A stretch of 64,000 nt of DNA from Hydrolagus colliei (taxonomy: Eukaryota): assembly GCA_035084275.1 (NCBI GenBank), contig CM068778.1:1364001-1428000 (forward strand), in the 5' to 3' direction. Numbering within the stretch: position 1 is the stretch's first letter; each line of letters begins with the position of its first letter. This document shows positions 12,401 through 24,400 of this stretch, piece by piece. The position numbers and the translations under genes are program-made. The notes under the pieces were generated by a model. It ran no database searches. It saw nothing but the letters and a program-made list of their open reading frames with translations, and was not told where the DNA came from.

Positions 12401-15400
12401 GCTGTTTGCACATTCAGACTGCTCTCCAATTATCTACTTGCACTTGGCTATTGTGGAGCTGTAATTTTCTACAACCCAGAGAGGAGTATCTTTGTCAGAT
12501 AACTGATATCTGAGAATATGCTCCTCTGAGCTCCTAACACTAATAAGATCTATACTTCAGCCCAGTTGTTTCTTAGATTAATCCTGTGATAGTCACTGCT
12601 TGTGGATTCAGTTCTCATCATTCACATTGCAGTTGTAACCAGCATATAAAACATGTTTTTTATTGCTGTACCAAATCCTCCGTTAGTGTTTCAGTGTTTT
12701 GATATACAAGTGTAATTTATGTTGAATATTGAATTCAAGGTGACAACTGCTGCTATTATCAACAGGAATGAAACAAGAAAGTGTGTTTATTTGTGGAAAT
12801 ATCTACCAAAATTAATAACAACACTCCTATAATACTTTAACTGCATGGACCTTCTTTCATCCAAACCAACCTTGGAACATTGTGAACTTGTTCCTAATAG
12901 AGAAACTTGTTACCTGCTGCAGTATTATTTTGAGAGATGGGAGAGTTCAAAGTTGAAATTGGAGTTGTTTCTGTGGCAAAAATGATTGGGGTTTGTGGAG
13001 GCGTGGATGGAGTCAATGGGACTTGAAGGTCTGGATACAGAAGGAATGTCATACATTGTTATTGACATGGCATTGAAATTGCTATACATCAAATATTAAG
13101 CTTATATAGCCCACTCATATCATACTCGCATTGAGGTGAGCAACAAGACCTTGGCAGAAATGCTCTTAATCTTGATTTTCAAACCTATGCAAGTAGCTTT
13201 AATCACTCTGGTTATTCAAAGTTCCCATAACTTCCTTCCGTTCCTGGTTGGACGAAACCTTGGGCAAGTTGCCTTACTCCACATGGTTATGATCACTCAA
13301 AAACAATAATAAAGTTGTCTTTTCAATCTATGACTATATCATTGCTGCGAGCAATTGGCTTTTGCATTCCACTGACAAATATACAGACAATTCACTTTAA
13401 AGGATCTTTTGTGAAGTGCTTTGAGATGTCTAGAAGATGCAAAAGACTTAAATCAAATACAGGTATTATTATTATTATATTCATTGATGCCACTGCTCAA
13501 ACAAAATAATCCAGTGCCATGTTGCATTGCATTTGTTTCTCTTTCACCACCTTTAAAACCATTTTATGCAAAAGAAAGCAAAAGAGAGAACAAACAGAAG
13601 AGAGGATGAAAGAAAGAGAGAACAAAATAGTTAATCAAAGAGAGAGAGGGAGAGGAAGAAAGGGAGGGAGCGAGGGAGTAAGGGAGTGAGAATGAACGAA
13701 CAAATGAACGAAGATATTTCTTCTGGAATTCTTTCATTATATCTAAATGATGCCAGAAACCTATCTGATAGACTGCACATTTGGTTTGTATAATTGCATC
13801 CCATGTTTTTCTTGATTGCATTCCATAAGATCTGCAAACCGCTTTGAGAAACCCAGGCTATATGAATGCTGCTGTACAATTGTTGGTTGGTACAAATAGG
13901 GTGGATAGAAGCCGTTTAATTGTTTATTGATTATGGGAAATACGTTTGTACCTTCTTCAGAATTGATGTTGGAGATGAGAAGATCCAAGGACGTGTTTCT
14001 TGGTGTTTCTTCTGTTGAAAAAACGATTGTATACTGTGGCCATATCAGTGATCGTTTACTCGAAGTCGAAGATTTCTGAATATCTGCAGTCACAGAAAGA
14101 GCATCACGTGCATCGTTTCTGACATAATTTACTTTGTTGTATCAGTTTCTTAATTCTACCAAACTTCTAATTGCCATGTTGACTCACACTCAGTGTTAGA
14201 AAGTGGAAATCATAACCACAAGTGAATGTGGAGGTTAAGACCTCATCAAGATTTCAAAGGCAGTTGGATAAGTGTAATCGTAATCTGCACACTTGATATT
14301 GCACCTTATCACGTTGTTGAGATGTCTCAAAGCTCATCATACCTATGTTGTAAAGTGTAGCGACTATCTATCTTGTGGGTTAAATGTGGCAGCCAATTGT
14401 ACACAGCAGTTTCCCGCAAACAGTTGTGAAGTGAGTGATCAAATTATAGGCAAATTTTGGAAGGATAAATATTGGAGAGAAACGAAGAAAAGGGTTTCAG
14501 CAGGAATTCACAGACTCTCAACTGGATTCGAAGAGCTCGTAACAGATTAAAATTATTGGTTGAATTGCTTGGCCGGTGCCATAACCACTGATTTAAAACA
14601 TAAATGCTCTCTAGTTATTGTTGTGGTGTTTCATGATTTTACCTTTGTAACACAAGAAGATATATGTTTGATTGCAGTAATGATCAACCCACTGGCCATT
14701 GCTCATAGCAACACAGTCTAGGGTCATGAGGTAATCATTTGGTTCCATAAATTTCCAGTTTGTATAATTGACCTTGTATTCATTTGTCCACATCCAATGT
14801 TGATTGGATCCATTAAGATTGTACATCCCAATCCAGAGAGGCGTAGCTCCATCAATCAGCTCAGATATAAACTTGTTCTCTTCTGGGTCCTGAATACTGA
14901 TAAGATCTTTGTAATGACTGCGGCAGAAATCCAGAGCTTCAGTCCAGTTTTTCTTTTGGTCGATTAGGTAATATTCTCTATCCTTTTGTTTATTCATCAA
15001 AGATTCATCTGATGATCAATCACATTTGTTCAAGGTGAATTACCATCAAATCTTGTACAGTCTTACCACTCCCTATAGATAAAATCTTTGCCTGTATTAA
15101 TCTCTACCGTTAGGTATATCTTACAATATTACCGGCTGAATAGTATATTTTACATGCATCTTGCAATCGGAAATTCTTAGTGAAAACTGGTATGCAAGTG
15201 TAATTTATGTTGAATATTGAATTCAAGGTGACCACTGCTGCTATTATCAACAGGAATGAAAGAACAAAGTGGGTTTATTTGTGGAAATATCTACCAAAAT
15301 TAATAACAACACTCCTACAATATTTTTACTGCATGGGCCTTCTTTCACCTAAACCAACCTTGGAATATTGTGAACTTGTTCCTAATAGAGCAACTTGTTA

Positions 15401-18400
15401 CCTGCTGCAGTATTATTTTGAGAGATGGGAGAGTTCAAAGTTGAAAATGGAGTTGTTTCTGTTGCAAAAACGATTGGGGTTTGTGGAGACGGGGATGGAG
15501 TCAGTGACACTTGAAGGTCTGGATACAGAAGGAACATCATACATTGTTATTGACATGGCATTGAAATTGCTACACAACAAACAGTAAGTTTTTTGCCCTC
15601 TCATACTCGCTTTGAGGCTAGCAAAGACCTTGGCAGAAATGCTCTTCATCTTGATAATCACCCTGTGCAAGTAGAGTTAATCACTCTTGTTATTCAAAGT
15701 TCCAATAGCTTCTTCTTCATGTTCCTAGTTGGACACAACCTTGGGCAAGGTTACTCCACATGGTAATGATTCCTCAAAAACAATAATAAAGTCGTCTTTT
15801 CAATCCATGACTGTTTGTCATCACTGCGAGCAGTTGGCTTCTGCTTTCACTGACTATGCCAACAATTCAGCACCTTGGGATGTCTTCTAGATTTCAAAGG
15901 CGCTTTACAAATATAACTTTGTATTGTATTGTAGGTGAATATGTGGAAAATGATGGACAATCTCTCAGTATTTATTTTCCTAAATTATCACGTTGGAACA
16001 GTTGGTCCAACTTTCCTTCTTCTCCTTAGAAATGCAGATGCTTGTGTTGCTGGGTTGGCCAAACAGAATTTGTAGAGCAACAGTCTTGATCCTTGCTTCC
16101 TGATTAATAATGATAGCTTAATGTACAGACATCCAATCATACTACCAATAATTTCTTCTTCTTAATGCATGACTGTTTTCTTAAAACAAGCAATTGTCTT
16201 CTCATAACATAGTAATCACTTCACCATGGTGAGGATAGTAATATCTCCACTGTTAGAAGATATTGGTGCTAGATTTCACTGATCTAACAGTTCCCCGTGT
16301 GAAATCATAACCCCGTGTTATGACATACTCAGCCATACCACAACAAGGATAGAAACTATTTCAGACCTGACAAATTTCTTCAAAGCCAAGTTGGTCATTT
16401 CAAACCATGACTGTTTGTGGGACGCTGCTGTGTACAATTGGCTGCCGCATTTTGCCCACAAATACAGTCAATTCACTTTACAGTGTATTCTGTGCAGCGC
16501 TTTGAAACGTCGATAAGACGTGAAAAGCGCTACATAAAATGTGAGGATTAGTAAACATATAGAATAATATACAGTAAATATCCAGAGCATATACTGTGAA
16601 GTGCTTTGAGATATCTATAAGATGCAAAAGAGTTATATCAAATGTAAGTATTATTCTTATTCTTATATTTGTTGATGCCATATTGTGAACTTGTTCTCAA
16701 TAGAGCAACTTGTTACCTGCTTCAGTATTATTTTGAGAGATGGGAGAGTTCATAGTTGAATTTGGAGTTGCTTCTGTTGCAAAAATGATTGGGGTTTGTG
16801 GAGACAGGGATGGAGTCGATGGCACTCGAAGGTCTGGATACAGAAGGAAAGTCATACATTGTTATTGACATGGCATTGAAATTGCTATACATCAAATATT
16901 AAGCTTTTATAGTCCACTCATACACGCTTTGAGGCGAGCAATAAGACCTTGTCAGAAATGATGTTGATCTTGATTACCAGCCATATGCAAGTAACTTTAA
17001 TCAATCTTGTTATTCAAATTTCCCATAACTTTTTCTTTATGTTCCTAGTTGGGAAAAACCTTGGGCAAGTTTCCTTACTTCGCATGGTAATGATCGCTCA
17101 AGAACAATAATAAAGTTGTCTTTTCAATCCATGACTCTTTGTGATTCCTGCGAGCAACTGGCTTCTGCAGTTCACTGACAAATATGCAGACAATTCACTT
17201 GATGGCATACTCTGTGAAGTGCTTTGAGATGTCTACAAGATGCAAAAGAGTTATATCAAATGCAAGTATTATTCTTAATATATTCTTTGATGCTATATTG
17301 TGAACTTGTTCCTAATAGAGGAATGTGTTACCTGCTGCAGTATTATTTTGAAAGGTGGGAGAGTTCATAGTTGAAATTGGAGTTATTTCTGCTGCAAAAA
17401 TAATTTGGGTTGGTGAAGATGGTGATGGAGTCAATGGCACTTGAAGATCTGGATGCAAAACGAACATCATACATTGTTATTGACATGGCATTCAAATTGC
17501 TATACATCAAATATTAACAACAACAACAACAACAACAATGCACTTTTATAGCACTTTTCACGTTGGGAGGATGTCCCAAAGCGCTGAACAGTCAGGTCAT
17601 ATCCCGAGCGGGGTGGGGGATGGTCGGGGTAGAGGGAAGGCAAAGGAGAGTGGGAGGGGGGAAGAGTTAGTGGGGGAGCCGAAGGCACGGTCGAAGAGGA
17701 AGGTCTTCAGACCAGACTTGAAGGAGCAAAAGAAAAACAAAGAAGACAATGTTAGCGAGCAACTTAGGGAGATTAATATTAGTAAAGAAATGGTTTTAGG
17801 TAAATTGTCAGGTCTTAAAACCAATAAATCAGCTGGGCCTGATGGCCTGCATCCCAGAGTTTTAAAGAGGTGGCGACTGAGATAGTGGATGGCTTGTCTA
17901 TAATCTTCCAAAATTCTCTGGATACTGGAAAAGTTCCCATTGATTGGAAGATTGCAAACATAACTCCACTATTTAAGAAGGGTGGGAGAGAACACATGGG
18001 GAACTATAGACTAGTTAGTCTGACATCAGTGGTAGGGAAAATTCTTGAGTCCTTAATTAAAGACATCGTTATGGGATACCTGGAAGACCATAACAAGATT
18101 AGGCAGAGCCAACATGGCTTTACAAAGGGAAGTCATGCTTAACTAATCTTTTAGAGTTTTTTGAGGAAATATCTAGCAGGTTGGATAGGGGGGAACCAGT
18201 AGATGTGGTATATTTAGATTTTAAGAAGGCATTTGATAAAGTGCCACACAAAAGTCAAAGCCCACGGGATAAATGGGAACATATTAACATGGATAGATGA
18301 GTGGCTAACTGGTAGAAAACAGAGAGTAGGGATAAATGGGTCATTCTCGAATTGGCAGGATGTAACTAGTGGAGTGCCACAAGGATCAGTGCTTGGGCCT

Positions 18401-21400
18401 CAGCTATTTACTATTTACATAAATGATCTAGACAAGGACATTGAATGTAATGTGTCTAAATTCGCGGAAGACACTAAACTAGGTAGGAGAGTGAGCTCTG
18501 AGGATGATGCAAAAAGATTGCAATGGGATTATAGATAGGCTAGGGGAGTGGGCGAGAAGGTGGCAGATGGAATTTAATGTGGGGAAGTATGAAATTATTC
18601 ACCTAGGTAACAAAAATAAAAGAATAGATTATTTTCTAGAGGGGGAGAGGTTAGATAGTGTTAGTATTCAAAGGGATTTGGGTGTCCTTGTACATCAGTC
18701 TCAAAAAGTTAGTTTGCAGGTGCAGCAAGCAACTAAGAAGGCAAATGGCTTCTTAGCATTCATTGCAAAAGGTTTAGAGCACAAGAGTAGGCAAGTCTTG
18801 CTGCAACTGTATAGGGCCTGGGTGAGACCACACCTAGAGTATTGTGTGCAGGTTTGGTCTCCTTATTTAATAAAGGACATACTTGCCTTAGAGGGTGTGC
18901 AGTGTAAATTCACTAAGTTAGTTCCTGGGAAAAGGGGACTGACCTATAAGTTGAGTAAACTAGGGCTGTATTCTCTAGAGTACAGAAGAACTAAGGGAGA
19001 TCTTATTGAAACATATAAGATTCTTAAAGGGCTGGATAAAGTAAACAGTGAGGAACTGTTTCCCCTGGTAGGAGAATCTATAACCAGGGGTCATAATCTT
19101 AAAATTAAGGGTCAGCCTTTCTACAGAGTTGAGGAAACATTTCTTCACTCAGAGGGTTGTGAATTTATGGAATTCACAACCCCAGAAGGCTGTAGATGCT
19201 CAGTCCTTGAACATTTTCAAGGCTGAGACTGATAGATTTTAAAAAATAGAGGAATTAGGGGATAGGGCTGGTAATTAGCGTTAGGTCAGAAGATCAGCCA
19301 TGAACTTATCAAATGTCGGGGCAGGCTCAAGGGGCCAAATGGCCTACTGCTGCTCCTAATTCTTATGTTCTTAAAGGGAGGAAGCAAGGTGAAGGGGCTG
19401 CTGGATGGAGTTCCATAGTTTGGGAGCACAGAAGCTGAAAGCCCGGCCACCAATGGTTGGGCGGTTAGGGCGGTAGATGCGGAGCTGGCTTGAGTCTGCT
19501 GAACGGAGGGTGAGGGCGGCTGATAGGGAGACAACAGGTCAGAGGGATAGGTGGGGCATGGCCGTGAATGGCCTTGAAATTGAGGACGAGGATTTTGAAT
19601 TCGATTCTCTGAGTGAAGGGGAGTCAGTGGAGACGGGCGAAGGTGGGAGTGATGTTGTCGCAAAGCCTGCTATGGGAGAGTACACGAGCTGCAGAATTCT
19701 GAATGATCTGCAGCGTGTGAAGGGAGGAGCTGGGAAGGCCGACGAGGAGAGAGTTTCCATAGTCGAGCCTGGAAGTGATAAAGTCATGGATGAGAGTTTC
19801 AGCGGCGTGGGGGGTAAGGTAGTAGCAGAGTCTGGCAATATCGCGGAGGTGGTGGAAGGCTGTACTGGTCATGGTGGATGTAGAGGAGGAAGGATAGTTC
19901 GGGGTTGAACAAGACACCCACATTCCTGATTGGCTTCGAGAGGTGGAGAGAACAGCCTTGAACGCTGATGTTGTCAGCGCCTGAGGTGCGGAGGCACTGA
20001 TGTCAGCCAATCAGGAGTGGCTCTGTTTTATTGACATTGAGCTGTAGGAAATTTGCCCTCGTCCAGGACTCAATGTCGGACAGATATGCAGTCAGAACAC
20101 TAGTGGTCCTGGAGTCGAGGGTGGACGCGGAGAGGTAGAATTGGGTATCAACCGCATACATGTGGAAATTTACCCCATGTCAGCAGATAATGTCGCCCAG
20201 GGGGAGAGTGTAGAGGGTGAAGAGCAGGGGGCCAAGGACAGAGCCTGGGAATGTTTTTAGCACTAAGCTTTCATAGTCCACTCATACTTGCTTTGAGGCG
20301 AGCAACAAGACCTTGTCACCAGCCCTATGCAAGTAGCTTTAATCACTCTTGTTATTCAAAGTTCACCTAACTTTTTCTTTATATTCCTAGTTGGGAAAAA
20401 CTTTCGGCAAGTTTCCTTACTTCGCATGGTAATGATCGCTCAAAAACAATAATAAAGTTCTTTTCAATCCATGACTGTTTGTCATTGCTACGAGCAATTG
20501 GCTTCTGCAGTTCACTGACAAATATGCAGACAATTCACTTGACCACATACTCTGTGAAGTGCTTAGAGATATCTACAAGATGCAAGAGTTATATCAAATG
20601 CAAGTATTATTCTTATTGTTATATTCGTTGATGCCATATTGTGAACCAGTTCCCAGTAGAGGAACTTATTACCTGCTGCAGTATTATTTTGAGAGATGGG
20701 AGAGTTCATAGTTGAAATTGGAATTGTTTCTGTTGCAAAAATTATTTGGGTTTGTGGAGACGGCGATGGAGTCAATGGCACTTGAAGTTCTGGATACAGA
20801 AGGAATGTCATACATTGTTATTGACATGGCATTGAAATTGCTATACGTCAAATATTAAGCTTTTATACAAAAACAGAAGCAGTTGGGAAAACTCAGCAGG
20901 TCAGGCAGCATCCATGGAGAAAGGAAAGTGAGTCAACGTTTCGGGTCCACAACCTTCCGTCAGAACTGGTTGTTTTGATTAAGCTTTAATAGCCCACTCA
21001 TATACTCGCATTGAGGCGAGCAACAAGACCTTGTCAGAAAAGCTCTTAGTCTTGATATTCAGACCATTGCAAGTGGCTTTAATCACTCTTGTTATTCAAA
21101 GTTCCCATAACTTTTTCTTTATGTTCCTAGTTGGGCACAAGCTTGGGCAAATTTCCTTACTTCACATGGTAATGATCATTCAAAATCAATAATAAAGTTG
21201 TCTTTTCAATCCATGACTGTTTGAGCAATTGGCTTCTGCGTTTTACTGACAAATATATAGACAATTCCCTTGACCACATATTCTGTGAAGTGCTTTGAGA
21301 TGTCTAGAAGAAGCAAAAGTTATATCAAATGCAAGTATTATTATGATTATTATATTCGTTGATGCCATATTGTGAACTTGTTCCTAATAGAGGAACTTGT

Positions 21401-24400
21401 TACCTGCAGCAGTATTATTTTGAGAGATGGAAGAGTTCCTAGTTGAAATTGGATTTGTTTCTGTTGCAAAAATTATTTGGGTTTGTGGAGATGGCGATGG
21501 AGTCAATGGCACTTGAAGGTCTGGATACAGAAGGAACATCATACATTGTTATTGACATGGCATTGAAATTGCTATAAATCAAACATTAAGCTTTTATAGC
21601 CCACTTATATCATACTCGCTTTGAAGCAAGTAAAAAGGCAGAAATGCTCTTAAAGTTGATATTCAGACCTATGCAAATAGAGTTAACTTGTTAACTCTTG
21701 TTATTTCAAAACTCCCATAGCTTCAGCCTTATGTTCCTAGTTGGGGAAAAAAAAACCTTCTCTAGCTCCCTCAAATCCTAACCACTACCTCCCTATTTCT
21801 AACCTGCCCTTCCTTGCCAAAGCACTCGCACGCATTGTTGCCAACCAACTCCGCGCCAACTTCTCCTCCCACTCCCTTTTTGAACCCCTCCAGTCCAGTT
21901 TCCGCCTTGCCCACAGTACAGAGACTGCACTTCTGAAAATCACAAACAATGTCCTCTCTCTCTGTGACCAGGGCTCCCTCTGTCTCCTTATCCTCCTGGA
22001 CCTGTCCGCTGTGTTTGACACAGTTGACCACACCATCATCCTCCACCGCCTGTCCTCCGTCATGCACCTCAGTGCGAACGCACTTGCCTGGTTCGAGTCC
22101 TACCATTCGAACCACCAGCAGTGCACCTCAACGAATGGCTTTTCCTCCCGCTCTCACTCAGTTACCTGCAGGGTACTCCAAGGATCCATCCTTGGCCCTC
22201 TCCTCTTCCTCATTTATATGCTCCCTCTTGGGCACGTCATCTGCAGACATGGGATATACATCCACATATATACAGATGACACCCAACTCTATTTCTCCAC
22301 CTCACTTTGCCACCCGCAGTCCCCTGATGTTCTGTCAGCCTGCTTGGCAGACATTAGGAGCTGGATGAGCGTGAACTTCCTGCAGTTGAATGTTAACAAG
22401 ATGGAATCCATATTCTTTGGCTCCCTTCAACATCTTAAATTGCACGGCTCTCACCTCCTCCACCTTCCCAGCCTGCTCCTAAAACTCTCCGAACCCATGC
22501 GCAACCTAGGCGTCAGATTCGACCCCCAACTGTCCTTCCTCCCCCACATCCGGTCCCTCATCAGCACCGCTTTTTTCCACCTCAGATGGATCCCCGTCTC
22601 TGGCAATATCTCGCCCCAAAAGCCGCTGAAACTCTGGTCCAGGCCTTTGTCACCTCTCAGCTGGACTATTCCAATGCCCTTCTTGCCGGTCCCCCCTCCA
22701 TCACAATCTGTCAAATCCAACTCATTCAAAACTCTGCCGCCCGCATTCTCACCCGCACCAAACTTTGTTCCCTCATTACCCCAGTCCTTGCCAGACTTCA
22801 CTGGCTCCCTGTCCCAGAGAGGATTAATTCAAAATCCTCAACTTTGTTTTCAAATCCCTCCACTCCTCTGCACCCCCCTACCTCTCTGACCTCCTCTCTC
22901 CTCAAACCAGCACCCATTACCTTCGCCCCACCAGGTCTGGCCTCCTTCTTTGTCCCCTAAATCCTCTGCTCCACCATCAGTGGCTGTGCCTTCAGCCACT
23001 ATGCCCCAAGTCTCTTGAATTCCCTTCCTCACTCCCTTCACCTCGCCCCTTCTCTTCCCAGTTTCAGGTCTCAATTAAAGACCTTTCTCTTCGACCATGC
23101 CTCCAGTCACCTTGCTGCCCCTGCCCCTGGCTCAGTCCCGGGATCCATTGTTGTGAAGCGCTCTGAGACGCTGTCTGGCATGGAGGGCACTATATAAATT
23201 GAAGTTGTTGTTGTTGAAAAACCTTGGGCAAGTTTCTTTACTCCACGTGGTAATGATCGCTCAAAAACAATAATAAAGTAATCTTTTCAATCCGTGACCG
23301 TATGTTATTGCTGCGATCAATCGGCTTCTGCAGTTCACTGACAAATATGCAGACAATTCACTTGACCACATACTCTGTGAAGTACTTTGAGATGTCTAGA
23401 AGGCGTGAAAGAGTTATATTGAATGCAAGTATTTTTATTATTAATAACACAAAATATCCAGAGCATTGTTGCATTGCAATGTGTGTCTCTTTTACCACCT
23501 TTGAAACCATCATGGAAGACCTGAGACAGGTTACCAAGAAGTGTGATTGATGGCAAGTCATTGGACTCATTTAAGAAAAAAACAGATTGATTCTATAACG
23601 CTAAGATGGTAGATTGAGATTCTTGAGGCATGAGCTCAGATAGACAGTGTATTTTATCAGCTTTATGCAATCAATCAATATTCCTCAATGAAAAGTGCTA
23701 CAAACGTGAAAGTTCTGGGCAATGAACAACAACATTATATTTATAGAGCACCGTTCACGTCGGGAGGACGTCACAAAGTGCTGAAAATCAACTTTGGTTG
23801 ACCTCTTGGGTAAATGCTGCTATTGTCAACGTTGAAGAGAATCCCAGAATTATGTTTTAAATAAGTAAAGTGAAAATAACTCAGTATTTTACAATGCGAG
23901 ACAGCGAAACGTAAGATCACAATCAGTAATTACCTTTCTGGCAAATAAATTGATACGTTTGATTGCAGAAATCATCAAACCACAGCCCTTTGGTTACAGC
24001 CACACAAACTGGAGAACTTAGATAACCTTTCGGCTCCAGAAATTTCCAGTGTGCATAACTAAATTGTTCTCCTGTTGACCACATCCAGTTGGTTTTAGAG
24101 CCCTTTTTATTGTACAGCCCAATCCAGAGAGGTACATGTTTTTCAAACTGTGGAAAAACGAGCTGGTTCTCCTCAAAGCTCTGAATGCTCATCAAATTTG
24201 TATAGTGGATGCGGCAAAACATCAGGGCTTCAGTCCAGTTTTTCTCTTGATCAATCAGATAATACATCCTGTTCAATGACTTATTCTTCACTCCAGGACC
24301 TAATGAGAAGCCGTGATACAAAGATTCAAACTTCAGTGGAATTCATGTAAAGATGAACTGATATAAGATACTTGTCCTTTTTATGCAATTTAACCACTCC

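Larger units (their letters stand above)
12850..23440. repeat. About 600-730 bp intragenic repeat unit (mucin exon plus decayed SINE), 6 copies
   Basis: Units start near 12850, 15340, 16680, 17290, 20630 and 21360; two are split by LINE insertions. Confidence 0.85.

Noticed and set aside
21741-22889. 382-aa ORF and other long RT-like or GC-rich antisense ORFs
   Set aside because: Frameshifted L2/CR1 fragments or their antisense frames; not host genes
12850-23440. Regularly spaced repeats resembling a CRISPR array
   Set aside because: Units are 600-730 bp exon-bearing duplications in vertebrate DNA, with no short repeat-spacer structure and no cas genes
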